DNA from: Cyanobacteriota bacterium
GTDB lineage: Bacteria; Cyanobacteriota; Cyanobacteriia; PCC-6307; Cyanobiaceae
Assembly: GCA_046052125.1 (NCBI GenBank)
Contig: JBJOMY010000004.1
Coordinates: forward strand, 160,001-224,000
DNA length: 64,000 nucleotides
Direction: 5' to 3'
Positions 39,139 through 50,310 of this stretch are shown here, in pieces (position 1 is the stretch's first letter; each line of letters begins with the position of its first letter). Under the pieces are notes generated by a model. It was not told where the DNA came from, ran no database searches, and saw only the letters and a program-made list of their open reading frames with translations. The position numbers and the translations under genes are program-made.

Positions 39139-39166
39139 AAAAAGCCCCCGCCTTTCGGCGAGGGCT
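39139..39166 (-). terminator. Rho-independent terminator of psbDC
   Basis: AAAAAGCCC-C-CGCC-TTTC-GGCG-A-GGGCT on +, giving a hairpin plus U-tract on the minus strand. Confidence 0.78.
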
Positions 39167-39193
39167 GAGGAACCTGAGTGATCGGGTGAACGA

Positions 39194-40582
39194 TCAGTCG
39201 AGGTCGGGCATGGACAGAGTGGGCTCTGCCTTACGGTCGATACCCTTCTCGAAACCGGCAGCTGCAGCGCGGGCGCGGCCGGCGTGCCAGAGGTGACCCA
39301 CCAGGAAGAAGAAGGCGAGCACGAACTGAGTCGCGGCCAGCCACTGGCGGATGTTCACGAAGTTCACCGAGTTGGGCTCGGTGATGATGCCGCCCACAGA
39401 GTTTAGAGACGCGTTGGGGGCGTGGGTCATGTACTCAGCCGCGCGGCGCACTTGCCAGGGCTGAATGTCGTTCTGGAGCTTGTCGAGGCTGAGGCCGTTG
39501 GGGCCGCGCAGGGGCTCCAGCCAGGGACCACGGAAGTCCCAGAAACGCATGGTTTCACCACCAAAGATGATCTCGCCGGTGGGGGAGCGCATCAGGTACT
39601 TACCCAGACCGGTGGGACCCATGGCGGAGCCGATGTTGGCGCCGAGGCGTTGGTCACGCACCAGGAAGGTGAAGCTCTGGGCCTGGGAGGCTTCGGCGTT
39701 GGTGGGGCCGTAGAACTCCGAGGGATAAGCGGTGTTGTTGAACCAGATGTAGGCCGAAGCGATGAAGCTCATGAAGCTCAGGGCGCCAAGGCTGTAGCTC
39801 AGGTAAGCCTCACCGTTCCAGATGAAGGCACGGCGCACCCAGCCAAAAGGCTTGGTCACCACGTGCCAGATGCCACCAAAGATCAGGGTCAGACCCAGCC
39901 AGATGTGGCCACCGATGATGTCCTCCATCGAGTTCACACCGATGATCCAGCCCTCGCCGCCAAAGGGGGCGCGGAACAGGTAGCCGAAGATCACACCCGG
40001 ATCGAGGGTGGGGTTGGTGATCAGGCGCACGTCGCCGCCACCGGGTGCCCAGGTGTCGTAAACGCCACCGAAGAACATCGCCTTGAAGACCAGCAGCAGG
40101 CAGCCCACACCCAGAAGGATGAGGTGGTAGCCAATGATGTTGGTCATCTGGTTCTTATCGCGCCAATCCTGCGAGAAGAAGGCGGAATAGTTCTCCAGAA
40201 TTTCGGGGCCACGCAGAGCGTGATACAGGCCGCCGAGGCCGAGCACGGCGGAGCTGATCAGGTGCAGCACACCGACCACGAAGAAGGGGTAGAGGTCGAC
40301 GACCTCACCACCGGGGCCCACGCCGTAGCCAAGGGTGGCGACGTGGGGGAACAGGATCAGGCCCTGTTCGTACATGGGCTTGTCGAAGGTGAAGTGGCTC
40401 ACCTCGAACAGCATCATGGCGCCAGCCCAGAACACCATCAGACCGGCGTGGGCGACGTGGGCACCCAGAAGGCGACCCGACAGGTTGATCAGACGAGCGT
40501 TACCCGACCACCAGGCATAGCCCGTGGAGTCGAGGTCCTTCCCGCCGATCCCGGAGAGAGAAGGATTAGAGAGCGTTACCAC
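39194..40582 (-). CDS. psbC: Photosystem II CP43 protein
   Basis: [21 protein letters not shown] and [11 protein letters not shown] start overlapping the psbD end, as usual for psbDC. Confidence 0.98.
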   Translation of the reverse strand: MVTLSNPSLSGIGGKDLDSTGYAWWSGNARLINLSGRLLGAHVAHAGLMVFWAGAMMLFEVSHFTFDKPMYEQGLILFPHVATLGYGVGPGGEVVDLYPFFVVGVLHLISSAVLGLGGLYHALRGPEILENYSAFFSQDWRDKNQMTNIIGYHLILLGVGCLLLVFKAMFFGGVYDTWAPGGGDVRLITNPTLDPGVIFGYLFRAPFGGEGWIIGVNSMEDIIGGHIWLGLTLIFGGIWHVVTKPFGWVRRAFIWNGEAYLSYSLGALSFMSFIASAYIWFNNTAYPSEFYGPTNAEASQAQSFTFLVRDQRLGANIGSAMGPTGLGKYLMRSPTGEIIFGGETMRFWDFRGPWLEPLRGPNGLSLDKLQNDIQPWQVRRAAEYMTHAPNASLNSVGGIITEPNSVNFVNIRQWLAATQFVLAFFFLVGHLWHAGRARAAAAGFEKGIDRKAEPTLSMPDLD

Positions 40583-41621
40583 GGGGCAGAACCTCTTCAG
40601 GGAAGACGAAGTTTTCGTGCGGCTGGTCAGCCGGTGCCATCCAGGCACGCAGACCTTCGTTCAGAAGAATGTTCTTCGTGTAGAAGGTCTCGAACTCGGG
40701 GTCCTCAGCAGCGCGGATTTCCTGCGACACGAAGTCGTAGGCACGCAGGTTGAGGGCCAGGCCGATGATGCCGATGCTGCTGGTCCACAGACCCATCACC
40801 GGCACGAACAGCATGAAGAAGTGCAGCCAGCGCTTGTTGGAGAAGGCGATCCCGAAGATCTGGCTCCAGAAGCGGTTGGCGGTGACCATCGAATAGGTCT
40901 CTTCTTCCTGGGTGGGTTCGAACGCCTTGAAGGTGTTCGCCTGGTCGGAGTCTTCGAACAGGGTGTTCTCCACCGTGGCGCCGTGGATGGCGCAGAGCAG
41001 AGCACCACCGAGGATGCCGGCCACGCCCATCATGTGGAAGGGGTTCAGCGTCCAGTTGTGGAAGCCCTGCAGGAAGAGCAGGAAGCGGAAGATCGCTGCC
41101 ACACCGAAGCTGGGAGCAAAGAACCAGCTGCTCTGGCCGAGGGGGTACATCAGGAAGACACTGACGAACACCGCGATCGGGCCGGAGAAGGCGATGGCGT
41201 TGTAGGGGCGAATGCCCACCAGGCGGGCGATCTCGAACTGACGCAGCATGAAGCCGATCAGGGAGAAGGCACCGTGCAGGGCCACGAAGGTCCACAGGCC
41301 GCCGAGCTGGCACCAGCGCACGAAGTCGCCCTGTGCCTCAGGACCCCAGAGGAGCAGGAGGGAATGGCCCATGGCATCCGCCGGGCTGCTCACCGCAGCG
41401 GTGAGGAAGTTGCAGCCCTCCAGGTAGGAGCTGGCAATGCCGTGGGTGTACCAGGAAGTGACAAAGGTGGTGCCGGTCAGCCAGCCACCCAGCGCCAGGT
41501 AGGCGGTGGGGAACAGGAGCAGACCCGACCACCCGACAAAAACGAAGCGGTCGCGCTTGAGCCAGTCATCGAGGACGTCGAACCATCCCCGCTGCGGCGC
41601 GCGCCCTACAGCGATCGTCAT
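40566..41621 (-). CDS. psbD: Photosystem II D2 protein
   Basis: MTIAVG…[16 protein letters not shown]…[10 protein letters not shown], 351 aa. Confidence 0.99.
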   Translation of the reverse strand: MTIAVGRAPQRGWFDVLDDWLKRDRFVFVGWSGLLLFPTAYLALGGWLTGTTFVTSWYTHGIASSYLEGCNFLTAAVSSPADAMGHSLLLLWGPEAQGDFVRWCQLGGLWTFVALHGAFSLIGFMLRQFEIARLVGIRPYNAIAFSGPIAVFVSVFLMYPLGQSSWFFAPSFGVAAIFRFLLFLQGFHNWTLNPFHMMGVAGILGGALLCAIHGATVENTLFEDSDQANTFKAFEPTQEEETYSMVTANRFWSQIFGIAFSNKRWLHFFMLFVPVMGLWTSSIGIIGLALNLRAYDFVSQEIRAAEDPEFETFYTKNILLNEGLRAWMAPADQPHENFVFPEEVLPRGNAL

Positions 41622-41806
41622 GGGTGGGAAAAACCGCGGGCTGTGGGTTACCGGGCGATGGTAACAACGTTGATCCGCACCGCGAGGCGGGTTTTGACGG
41701 GCTGACACGGCCCGTCACCATTGCGTTTTGGGTATTTGTGCTCAGGTTGCGGCCGGCCGGGCTGCCGGGCGCGCCAAGATGGCAAGCCCCTGGTTTCTCA
41801 GCGCGC

Positions 41807-42373
41807 ATGGCCTCGGCATCCGCAGCGAAGGCTGCCCCCTCCTCCGAGCTGCTGGAGCAGGGGGTGCTGGGGTCCCGCCGCCTCTCCAACGTGCTGGTTG
41901 CTGCCGTGGTGAGCACCGGCGGCCTCGGTTTTCTGCTCACCAGTGCCTCCAGCTATCTCGGCACCGATCTGCTGCCCATTGGGCACCCCGCCGCCCTGAG
42001 TTGGGTTCCCCAGGGGCTGGTGATGGGCCTCTATGGCATCGCCGCCGCACTGCTCGCCACCTATTTGTGGACGGTGATTGCGCTTGATGTGGGTGCAGGC
42101 GCCAATCGCTTCGACAAAGCCACGGGCACCCTCACGGTCACCCGTCGTGGCTTCCGTGAGCAGATCAGCGTCACCACGCCTCTCAAAGACATCCAGGCCG
42201 TGAAGGTGGATGTGCGCGATGGCCTGAACCCCCGCCGCCGCCTGGCACTGCGTGTTCAGGGTCGCCGCGACCTGCCCCTCACCCGCGTGGGTGAGCCCAT
42301 GCCTCTGGCCGATCTGGAGCGCGGCGGTGCCGAGCTCGCTCGTTTCCTTGGTGTTCCCCTGGAGGGCGTGTGA
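41807..42373 (+). CDS. ycf4: Photosystem I assembly protein Ycf4
   Basis: [22 protein letters not shown] and [12 protein letters not shown] motifs. Confidence 0.95.
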   Translation: MASASAAKAAPSSELLEQGVLGSRRLSNVLVAAVVSTGGLGFLLTSASSYLGTDLLPIGHPAALSWVPQGLVMGLYGIAAALLATYLWTVIALDVGAGANRFDKATGTLTVTRRGFREQISVTTPLKDIQAVKVDVRDGLNPRRRLALRVQGRRDLPLTRVGEPMPLADLERGGAELARFLGVPLEGV

Positions 42374-43080
42374 TGAGCACCATGCGTTCCTGGCTGCTGG
42401 CCGTCGTTTTGCTGCTCAGCCCCCTGGGGCCTGTGGCATGTGCGGCTCCCGGCCCATCCGCCAGCTTTGGTTGTGGCAGCTCGGGTGTTCCGTGCCTCAA
42501 GGGCACGGCCCTGGTGGAGCTCACCACCAGCAAAGGCACTGTGGAGGTGAGCCTTGATGGCAGCGCCGCTCCTCTCACCGCCGGCAATTTTGTTGATCTG
42601 GTGCGCCGCGGCGCCTACACCGGCACGCTCTTCCACCGGGTGGTGAAAGAACCGATTCCGTTTGTGGTGCAAGGCGGTGATCCCCAAAGCGCCAACCCCA
42701 GTACCCCCGTGGATCTATTGGGTACCGGAAGCTTCATCGACCCCGCCACGGGCCAGCCTCGCTTGATCCCGCTGGAGCTCTTCCTGGATGGGGACCAGGC
42801 CCCTCGCTACGGCGAGATCACCGTTGGCCCAGGCCAGGCCCAGCGGTTGAAGCTGCAGCACCAGCGCGGTGCCCTGGCGATGGCCCGCTCCAACGATCCC
42901 AACTCGGCCAGCGCGCAGTTCTATATCGCTCTGCGGGCGCTGCCTGAACTGGATGGTCGCTATGCCGTGTTCGGCCGGGTGACCAAAGGGATGGACGTGG
43001 TCGACAAGATCAACCAGGGCGACAAGCTGATCAGCGCCAAAGTGCTGCAAGGCGGCACCCTGGTTCAGGACGCCAAGTGA
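42370..43080 (+). CDS. Cyclophilin-type peptidyl-prolyl isomerase, probably exported
   Basis: [25 protein letters not shown]…SASAQFYI and LDGRYAVFG motifs. Confidence 0.92.
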   Translation: MMSTMRSWLLAVVLLLSPLGPVACAAPGPSASFGCGSSGVPCLKGTALVELTTSKGTVEVSLDGSAAPLTAGNFVDLVRRGAYTGTLFHRVVKEPIPFVVQGGDPQSANPSTPVDLLGTGSFIDPATGQPRLIPLELFLDGDQAPRYGEITVGPGQAQRLKLQHQRGALAMARSNDPNSASAQFYIALRALPELDGRYAVFGRVTKGMDVVDKINQGDKLISAKVLQGGTLVQDAK

Positions 43081-43092
43081 TCCAGGCCTCGA

Positions 43093-43121
43093 TGAGCGGT
43101 TCGGTTTAGGCCAACCGCTCA
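43093..43121. terminator. Hairpin between the convergent PPIase and ilvN genes
   Basis: TGAGCGGTT-N11-AACCGCTCA. Confidence 0.4.
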
Positions 43122-43649
43122 GGCCGGCACGCGTTTATCAAGGCTGGTGACCTTGAGGTACGGCGTGTTCACACCCGACGCACGCTCGAGGGAGATACGG
43201 CCGGTGCGCGCAATCTCGAGAATTCCGTAGGGCTCGAGCACGTTTTCTAGGGCCACCAATTTGCCTGGGTCACCCACCACTTCGATGGTGAGGGCGTCGC
43301 TGGCCACATCCACCACCTTGGCGCGGAACACCTGCACCAGATCGAGGATCGAAGCGCGCTGCTCCTCCGGTGCTGACACCTTCAGGAGCATCAGCTCGCG
43401 CTCCACCGCTGGGATTCGGGTGAGGTCGTTCACCTCCAACACGTTGATGAGCTTGTTGAGCTGCTTGCTCATCTGGGAGAGGGTGCGGTCGTCGCCCTCC
43501 ACCACCATCGTGAGCCGCGAGACGCCATCGCGTTCGGCAGGACCGACGGCCAGGCTTTCGATGTTGAAACCGCGGCGGGCAAAAAGGCCGGAGATGCGGC
43601 TGAGCACGCCCGATTCGTCCTCCACCAGCACCGACAGGGTGTGCTTCAT
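43119..43649 (-). CDS. ilvN: Acetolactate synthase small subunit
   Basis: [39 protein letters not shown] and EIARTG motifs. Confidence 0.96.
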   Translation of the reverse strand: MKHTLSVLVEDESGVLSRISGLFARRGFNIESLAVGPAERDGVSRLTMVVEGDDRTLSQMSKQLNKLINVLEVNDLTRIPAVERELMLLKVSAPEEQRASILDLVQVFRAKVVDVASDALTIEVVGDPGKLVALENVLEPYGILEIARTGRISLERASGVNTPYLKVTSLDKRVPA

Positions 43650-44662
43650 GCCCAGGGCTGTTCGCGTGGCTGACCGTTGCCCAAATTACGTGCCAGCCAA
43701 CCCAGGATGTGGTGGTTGAACAGGGCTGGCTGCTCGTCGTGGGGGCAATGGCCCAGTTCCGGCAGCAGTCGCAGCTCCAGATCGCTCTTGTGATGCTTCA
43801 GCCGCTGACTGATCAGCGGGGGCACCAGCCGGTCTTGGCTGCCCCACACCACCAGCAAGGGCTGTTGCATGCGCTCCAGCAGGGGAGCTGCTGTGGCCCC
43901 GTGGGGCCGTAACGCCATGCCGATGCTCATCGCCCGCAGTGCCCGCGCTGCCTGCGGCCGCAGCGCAGGGCGCGCGATCAAGCGCCTGAGCTCACGGTCC
44001 ACAGCCAGTTGATCGTTGTAGGCACTGCGCAGGCCCAGATCCAGCAGCGGCGTTCGGGCAATCAAGGGCACCAGCAGTTCCAGGGGCAGCAGCCGGCAGA
44101 GGAACACCACCACCGAGCGTTTGAGCTGCCTTCGCCAGGGCCGCCGCCGGCGTTTGAGGGGCATCAGCAGGGTCGGGTCCGGCAGCGGTGCCGCCACCAC
44201 CCCGGCCACCCAGGTCGGGAAGAACACGGCGCAGGTCACGGCCACCAGGCTTCCGAGCGAGTTGCCCACTAGCACCGCTGGCCCCTGCACCACCTGCTCG
44301 AGAAACGCCTGGAGTTGCCGCGCCCAGAGTCGGTTATCCAGCGGCCTGTGGCGCCTGTGGCTCGGCTGGCTGGAGGCGCCAAAGCCCACCAGATCGATCG
44401 CATACACACACCAGCCAGCGGCCGCCAGCTCGGCGGCGTTGTGGCGCCAGTGGCCGCTGGCGGCCCCGAAGCCGTGAATCATCACCAGCGCGCGGTGGTT
44501 GCGATCACCAAGCACTCGCCAATGACATTGGTGCTCCTGCCAGGTCCAGAGGCTGTGCTCACCCCACTGGGCCCCTGTGGCGGCAGGCTGGGGCTGAGCG
44601 AGGGGGGTGGAGGAAACGGTGCTGGCCGACACGACGGAACAGGCGGGACGCCGCGCAGACAT
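43646..44662 (-). CDS. Alpha/beta fold hydrolase
   Basis: HGFGA, DLVGFG, GNSLG, WGSQD and GHCPHDE motifs; start uncertain. Confidence 0.9.
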   Translation of the reverse strand: MSARRPACSVVSASTVSSTPLAQPQPAATGAQWGEHSLWTWQEHQCHWRVLGDRNHRALVMIHGFGAASGHWRHNAAELAAAGWCVYAIDLVGFGASSQPSHRRHRPLDNRLWARQLQAFLEQVVQGPAVLVGNSLGSLVAVTCAVFFPTWVAGVVAAPLPDPTLLMPLKRRRRPWRRQLKRSVVVFLCRLLPLELLVPLIARTPLLDLGLRSAYNDQLAVDRELRRLIARPALRPQAARALRAMSIGMALRPHGATAAPLLERMQQPLLVVWGSQDRLVPPLISQRLKHHKSDLELRLLPELGHCPHDEQPALFNHHILGWLARNLGNGQPREQPWA

Positions 44663-45812
44663 CGGCGCTCCTTCTGATCACTATTGCGAAGGTGCAGCGC
44701 AACTGGAGCTCGGCTCAGGCTTCTTTCGGCCGGAATCCCGGCCTTCCCGTGATCTGGGGGTGCTGCTGGCCGCCTTGTTGGCGCGCGGCGCGCTGGAGCT
44801 GAAGGCTCCCCTGCAGGTGCTGGATCTGATGGCGGGCTGCGGCATCCGGGCCCTGCGTTACGGCCTCGAATCCGCTGCAGAGGCGGTTTGGGCGAACGAC
44901 GCCGATGGCGACCGCCTGCCGCTGCTGCAGCGGAATCTCGCTCCGCTGGATTGCCCTGTGGAGCACACGGCGCTCACGGCTCAGAAGCTGCTGGCGGGCT
45001 GCCTGCTGGAGGAGCGGCGGTTCGGTTTGGTGGATCTCGATGCTTTCGGCTGCCCCACGGCCCTGGTGCCAGCGGCTCTGGAAGCGCTGCAGTTTGAGGG
45101 GGTTCTGTATCTGGCCAGTACCGATGGCCGCTCCCCCACAGGCCATGACCGTGCAGCGGCCATTCGTTCCCTGGGGGCTTCAGCCCGCGCCCATCCGGCC
45201 AGCTGGGAGCTGGCCCTGCGCTTGCAGATCGCCGTGGTGGCGCGCTCGGCCTGGGCGATGGGCCGTGGGATCCGGCCGCTGTTCAGCTTCAGTGAAGGCC
45301 GCACCTTCCGCACGGCGATTCAATTGCAGCGGCGTGCCGATCCCCGCCAGGAACAGCAGCTGGGACTCTTGGCCCACTGCCATGCCTGCGGAGAGCAGCA
45401 TCAGCAGAGCCTCGTGAATCTGCGCCAGTGGCCGGCCTGCGCCTGTGGGGCCCCTAATCAGGCCCCACCGCTCGCGATTTCAGGCCCGCTCTGGCTGGGC
45501 CCGCTCCAGCACGCACCGAGCTTGCGTGCGATGCAATCCCAAGCGGATGCCTGGCCAGATGACCGCATCCATCGAGCCAGCCGTCGCCTCCTGGCCAAGT
45601 TGCTGGCCGACCCGGGGGTGCCCGCCCGCTGCTGGCCCACCGCCGAGCTGGGCCGGCGCCTGGGTGGTGGTCCGCCAGCCACCGATGCGCTGCTGCAGGC
45701 CTTGGAGGCCGAGGGGTTCACGGCCTTGCGATCGGGGGTGATGGATGGATTGTTTCGCTGCAATGCCCCCTGGACGCGCGTGTTGGAGCTGGCGGCTGCG
45801 CTAAACAGGTAG
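44607..45812 (+). CDS. Trm1-like N2,N2-dimethylguanosine tRNA methyltransferase
   Basis: [37 protein letters not shown], CxxC pairs and GPLWLGPL; start uncertain. Confidence 0.82.
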   Translation: MEETVLADTTEQAGRRADIGAPSDHYCEGAAQLELGSGFFRPESRPSRDLGVLLAALLARGALELKAPLQVLDLMAGCGIRALRYGLESAAEAVWANDADGDRLPLLQRNLAPLDCPVEHTALTAQKLLAGCLLEERRFGLVDLDAFGCPTALVPAALEALQFEGVLYLASTDGRSPTGHDRAAAIRSLGASARAHPASWELALRLQIAVVARSAWAMGRGIRPLFSFSEGRTFRTAIQLQRRADPRQEQQLGLLAHCHACGEQHQQSLVNLRQWPACACGAPNQAPPLAISGPLWLGPLQHAPSLRAMQSQADAWPDDRIHRASRRLLAKLLADPGVPARCWPTAELGRRLGGGPPATDALLQALEAEGFTALRSGVMDGLFRCNAPWTRVLELAAALNR

Positions 45813-45829
45813 CCGTTACGGCACCGGCC

Positions 45830-45931
45830 ATGGCCTCGGAAATCTTCGGCACTGCAGCGCTGTTCTGGGTTCTCATCCCCATTGGCCTCGTGGGCGGCGC
45901 GCTGCTGCTGAAGCTTCAAGGCGACAGCTGA
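45830..45931 (+). CDS. petM: Cytochrome b6f subunit VII PetM (not in the ORF track)
   Basis: Hand translation [33 protein letters not shown], upstream of ycf39. Confidence 0.9.
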   Translation: MASEIFGTAALFWVLIPIGLVGGALLLKLQGDS

Positions 45932-46016
45932 CGAGATCGTTCAGCCCAGCTGTTGCTAGGGGCGGGCGCGGGCCAGCAGGCACCCCACTAGGCTCGTGCC
46001 TCGCTGAACAAGCCTC

Positions 46017-46979
46017 ATGCAGGTGCTGGTGATCGGTGCAACGGGCACGCTGGGCAGGCAGATCGCCCGGCAGGCTCTCGATGCCGGCCATCAGGTGCGC
46101 TGCATGGTGCGCTCACCGCGCCGCGCTGCCTTCCTGCAGGAGTGGGGCTGCGAGCTCACCCGCGGTGATCTGCTCGAGCCCGACAGCCTCGACTACGCCC
46201 TCGAAGGCCAGGACGCGGTGATCGATGCCGCCACGGCCCGGGCCAGCGATCCAGGCAGTAGTTACGAGATCGACTGGAGCGGCAAGCTCAACCTCCTCAA
46301 TGCCTGCGAACGCAGCGGCGTGAAGCGCTTCGTGTTTGTGTCGCTGCTGGATGCGGCCAAACACCTCGATGTTCCTTTGATGGACATCAAGCACTGCACC
46401 GAGCAGGCACTGATTGACTCGGATTTCGATTACACGATCCTGAGGTGCGTGGCCTTCATGCAGGGCCTGATCAGCCAGATCGCCATCCCTGTGCTGGAGA
46501 ACCAGACGGTGTGGGTGAGCGGCACGCCCACGCCGATTGCCTACATGAACACCCAGGATGTGGCCCGCTTCGCGGTCGCCGCCCTGAACCGCCCCGAAAC
46601 GATCCGCCAGGCGCTGCCGGTGGTGGGGCCGCGGGCCTGGAGCACCGGTGAGATCACTCAGCTCTGCGAGAAGTATTGCGGCAAAAGCGCGCGTGTCTTC
46701 CGCGTGCGGCCCTTCCTGCTGCGGTTGATGCAGGGTGCCGCCTCCTTCTTCGAGCCTGCGGTGAACGTGGCCGAGCGTCTGTCCTTCGACAAGGTGGTTG
46801 GCGGTGGCACACCGCTGAATGCGCCGATGGAGGAGAGCTATGCCGCCTTCGGTTTGGATCCCGCCGAAACCACGAGCCTCGAGAGCTATCTCAAGGAGTA
46901 CTACGACACGATCCTCAAGCGTCTGCGCGAGATGGAGGCCGATCTCGATAAGGACGCCAAGAAGAAGCTTCCGTTCTGA
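46017..46979 (+). CDS. ycf39: Ycf39-like atypical SDR (NAD(P)-binding)
   Basis: VIGATGTLGRQ, FLQEWG, VPLMDIK and YMNTQDVA motifs. Confidence 0.88.
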   Translation: MQVLVIGATGTLGRQIARQALDAGHQVRCMVRSPRRAAFLQEWGCELTRGDLLEPDSLDYALEGQDAVIDAATARASDPGSSYEIDWSGKLNLLNACERSGVKRFVFVSLLDAAKHLDVPLMDIKHCTEQALIDSDFDYTILRCVAFMQGLISQIAIPVLENQTVWVSGTPTPIAYMNTQDVARFAVAALNRPETIRQALPVVGPRAWSTGEITQLCEKYCGKSARVFRVRPFLLRLMQGAASFFEPAVNVAERLSFDKVVGGGTPLNAPMEESYAAFGLDPAETTSLESYLKEYYDTILKRLREMEADLDKDAKKKLPF

Positions 46980-46986
46980 GGTGGTT

Positions 46987-47008
46987 CCACTGGCGACAGC
47001 GCCAGTGG
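46987..47008 (+). terminator. 9-bp hairpin after ycf39
   Basis: CCACTGGCG-ACAG-CGCCAGTGG; weak U-tract. Confidence 0.45.
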
Positions 47009-47055
47009 TTCACCCGTACTATTAATTCAGTGTTGGCGCCGCAGGCGCAGTTCCG

Positions 47056-47271
47056 ATGGGTATCGCGCAAACCAAGAATCTGCAGCGCCGCCTCGGTGTG
47101 TTGGAGCAGGAGGCCGTGGATGAGATCACGCGTGCCTGTGGCAACGAGCTCTGGCAGAGCGTCGGCTTCGACGCGCTCGATAGCCTCTCTGATCCGGATC
47201 GACGGGCTCGGGCGAATTACTACTACGGGCAGCTGCAGGTGGTGCGTGAGCTCAAGGACGCCTTGGTCTGA
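47056..47271 (+). CDS. Hypothetical protein (71 aa)
   Basis: ATG ORF preceded by an AT-rich -10-like TACTAT; LWQSVGFDALDS…RARANYYYGQLQ. Confidence 0.7.
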   Translation: MGIAQTKNLQRRLGVLEQEAVDEITRACGNELWQSVGFDALDSLSDPDRRARANYYYGQLQVVRELKDALV

Positions 47272-47283
47272 GGCCAATCCTCC

Positions 47284-48000
47284 TTATCCGCCGCCACCGC
47301 CGCGTCCTGACTTTCCGCCACCGGCTCGTCCTCCCCGGCCAGGGGAGCGCCGGCCGATCGATCGGTTCTGATCTGCTGGTCTGGGTTGCCGGAGCAGAGC
47401 CTGCAGGCGACGCTCTTCTTCTGGAGCTACAGCGCGCCATTGGCCTGGTGCCAGACCCTCGAGGTTCAGGGGCGCGCCGCCATCCATGAGGTCGATCGCC
47501 ACCCGTAGCAGCCGCAGGGTGGGTAAACCCACGGCGGCGGTCATGCGACGCACCTGTCGGTTGCGTCCTTCCCGCAGTTCGATCTCTAGCCAGCTGGTGG
47601 GAGTGTTGAGCCGATGGCGGATCGGAGGATCGCGCTCCGGTAGGCCTGGATCGGCCAGTTGCGCAGCCCGTGCCGGCAGGGTCCGCTGACCTTGGATCAC
47701 GAGGCCCGTTGCCAGAGCCTGCAGCTGCTCGCCCGTGGCGATGCCTTCCACCTGCACCCAGTAGCGGCGCCAGTGTCCCCAGGCCGGGTCAGTGAGCCGC
47801 TGTTGCAATCTGCCGTTGGCTGTGAGCAGTAGCAGCCCTTCACTGTCAGCGTCCAAGCGCCCCGCGGCATACACATCGGGCACAGGGATGTGGTCGGCGA
47901 GGCATCCCCAGCGGCTGCCCGGTTCAGGCGTGAACTGGCTCAGCACCCCGTAGGGCTTGTGGAACAGGATGGTGTTCAGGACGCCTGGCGAGCGCGCCAC
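47284..48000 (-). CDS. RsuA/RluE-family rRNA pseudouridine synthase
   Basis: FHKPYGVLSQF, GRLDADSEGLLLLT, YWVQVEG and EGRNRQVRRM motifs. Confidence 0.92.
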   Translation of the reverse strand: MARSPGVLNTILFHKPYGVLSQFTPEPGSRWGCLADHIPVPDVYAAGRLDADSEGLLLLTANGRLQQRLTDPAWGHWRRYWVQVEGIATGEQLQALATGLVIQGQRTLPARAAQLADPGLPERDPPIRHRLNTPTSWLEIELREGRNRQVRRMTAAVGLPTLRLLRVAIDLMDGGAPLNLEGLAPGQWRAVAPEEERRLQALLRQPRPADQNRSIGRRSPGRGGRAGGGKSGRGGGGG

Positions 48001-48165
48001 AGGTTCACCACACCGATCGAGATCATCAGCAGGCCGAGATCCATCGTCACAGGAGGCAGGATCATCAGCGTCTCAGCGTGTGCAGTCTTGGAGGGCCGAC
48101 CCTAGCTGTTTAGGGGCGCGAACTAGAGTGAGCCCAGCAGTTCGACGTTCCAGCGGCAGCGGCGC

Positions 48166-48435
48166 ATGATCGAGACCTCCGGCGTGATCGAGAAGGAGCA
48201 GGGAAACGGGTTCTACCTGGTCACCCTCGAGCAGCCTGCAGGCCACCAATGCCTCTGCCGGGCCGCTGGCAAGCTCACCAAATTCCGCATCAAGCTGCTC
48301 GCCGGCGACAAGGTGCTCGTTGAGATCAGCCCCTACGACCTCAGCCGCGGCCGGATTACCTATCGCGAACGCAATGCCGCTGCCGGCGGTCCTCGCCCCG
48401 GCGGGAACCGCCCGGGCGGTCCGCGCCGGCGCTGA
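48166..48435 (+). CDS. infA: Translation initiation factor IF-1
   Basis: IKLLAGDKVLVEISPYDLSRGRITYR. Confidence 0.95.
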   Translation: MIETSGVIEKEQGNGFYLVTLEQPAGHQCLCRAAGKLTKFRIKLLAGDKVLVEISPYDLSRGRITYRERNAAAGGPRPGGNRPGGPRRR

Positions 48436-48449
48436 GCCGAAGCTGGGCT

Positions 48450-49859
48450 TCAGCCCACGGCTGCTCCGAGCAGCTGCTCGATCACAGCTTTGAATTCGCT
48501 GCGTTGCTTCACGCCTCGGAACTGCTGCTTCAGTTCCTTGCGGAAGAACAGTTGCACGGTGGGTGTTCCGCTCACCCCTGCCTGTTCAGCGATTTGCTGC
48601 TCGGCGTCCACATCGATCTCAACGCCCTGGGCACGGCCACCCAGTTCGTCGAGCACGCGCTTGAGCTGGGGCTTGAGCACGTGGCAGGGACCGCAGGTGG
48701 GTGAGGTGTAGACCACCAGCAGGGGCTTATCGCTTTCGTGATACAGCTTGCGGAGGGCATAGCTGCCCTTCTGCCAGAGGGCGTTGGGATCGAAGTTGGC
48801 TTCATCGCTCACGGCGGTGCGCTTCACCTCGCCCACTTCGGCGGGCTCCACCGGCTCCTGACTCACGGTGACCGCCAGGTTGTGGTGGGTGAGCCAGCGC
48901 TCTGCAGCCAGCGCGGCCTGACAGCCACTGCCGGCAGCGGTGATGCCCTGCCGCCACTCGGCATCGGCCACATCGCCTGCTGCAAACACGCCGTCCACGC
49001 TGGTTTCCGGTCGGCCTGGTTTGGTCACCAAATAGCCGTGGTGATCCACCTCGAGCTGCTCCCGCACCAGGCGGGTGTTGGGGGTGTGACCAATGGCATA
49101 GAAGAGGCCCCGCACAGCGATCCGCTCGGCGCTGTTGCCATTGGCGTCCTCCAGCTCAATGGCCTCCATCCATTCGCCGCCACTGCAATCGCGGATGCGG
49201 CGGTTCCAGTGCACGGTGATGTTGGGGTTGGCCAGCACTCGATCGGCCATGGCCTTGCTGGCCCGCAGCTGCTCGGAGCGCACGATCAGGTGCACCCGGC
49301 TGCCGTATTTGGTGAGATACACGGCCTCTTCACAGGCGGAATCACCGCCTCCCACCACGGCCAGTTCTTCGTTGCGGAACTGGGGCGTGGCGCCATCGCA
49401 GATCGCACAGGCGCTGATGCCGGCATTCCAGAAGCGCTGCTCGCTTGGTAAGCCGAGGCGGTTGGCGCTCGCACCGGTGGCCAGGATCACCGCGTGGGCC
49501 TGGATCGTTTCGCCTTCGGCCCGAATGCGGAAGGGGCGCTGTGAGAGGTCGATGCTGTCGGCATCGGCTTCCACCAGCCGTGTGCCCCAGCGCACAGCCT
49601 GGGCCTTGAGCCGATCCATCAGATCGGGACCGAGGATCCCATCGGGAAAGCCTGGGAAGTTCTCCACGTGGGTGGTGGTCATCAGTTGGCCACCAGGGAT
49701 GCCACCGTCCTGGAAGCCTGTGATCACGATCGGCCGGAGGTTGGCCCGGGCTGCATAGATGGCGGCGGTGTAGCCCGCAGGGCCGGAGCCCACGATCACC
49801 ACGTTTTCGATGGCGGCGCCAGAACCGGCGCTGGCAGCTGCTGCAACCTCAGGTGCCAC
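48450..49859 (-). CDS. trxB: NADPH-thioredoxin reductase with fused C-terminal thioredoxin (NTRC type)
   Basis: [24 protein letters not shown] and FAAGDV, followed by a CGPC thioredoxin domain. Confidence 0.95.
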   Translation of the reverse strand: MAPEVAAAASAGSGAAIENVVIVGSGPAGYTAAIYAARANLRPIVITGFQDGGIPGGQLMTTTHVENFPGFPDGILGPDLMDRLKAQAVRWGTRLVEADADSIDLSQRPFRIRAEGETIQAHAVILATGASANRLGLPSEQRFWNAGISACAICDGATPQFRNEELAVVGGGDSACEEAVYLTKYGSRVHLIVRSEQLRASKAMADRVLANPNITVHWNRRIRDCSGGEWMEAIELEDANGNSAERIAVRGLFYAIGHTPNTRLVREQLEVDHHGYLVTKPGRPETSVDGVFAAGDVADAEWRQGITAAGSGCQAALAAERWLTHHNLAVTVSQEPVEPAEVGEVKRTAVSDEANFDPNALWQKGSYALRKLYHESDKPLLVVYTSPTCGPCHVLKPQLKRVLDELGGRAQGVEIDVDAEQQIAEQAGVSGTPTVQLFFRKELKQQFRGVKQRSEFKAVIEQLLGAAVG

Positions 49860-49970
49860 GACTTATGCGGAATGACTTCGCTTAAGAGGCTAGCGCTGCC
49901 GGGATGCCGCTGCCGAATCTCGCGGTTGGTCGCAGGTTTGACGGGGAAGCAAAAGAGCTTTAGATTTGCT

Positions 49971-50216
49971 TCAGATTTCCAGGAGTCCGTTGCTCTCGCT
50001 GCTGTCGCCCGAGGTCTCCAGCTTGCTGAAGTCGGGAACCATCAGCACGTGCTCGGCCATCAGCTCGGGATGCTGGTCAATGCACAGGATCCATTCCCGA
50101 AACTCTTCGGTGAGCGCGTAGCTGTCTTCGTAGCGCTCGCGATCATCAAGGCTGGCAATGCGGGCGGCCGACCAGTTGATGGCAACGGTGAGGCGGCGCT
50201 GGATTGAGCCTTTCAT
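49971..50216 (-). CDS. Hypothetical protein (81 aa)
   Basis: MKGSIQRRLTVAINW…ERYEDSYALTEEFREWI; ATG 50216. Confidence 0.7.
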   Translation of the reverse strand: MKGSIQRRLTVAINWSAARIASLDDRERYEDSYALTEEFREWILCIDQHPELMAEHVLMVPDFSKLETSGDSSESNGLLEI

Positions 50217-50310
50217 GGTTGTCCCGCGATCGCACCACGCTGCTTGGCCAGTGGCCTGATTGGGGTGCGCTTTCGCACAACGTCGCACTTTTTGCCGCAA
50301 TCGAATGTAT

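Noticed and set aside
39422..41705. Long + strand ORFs (443 and 393 aa) opposite psbC and psbD
   Set aside because: Antisense shadow ORFs of highly biased photosystem genes.
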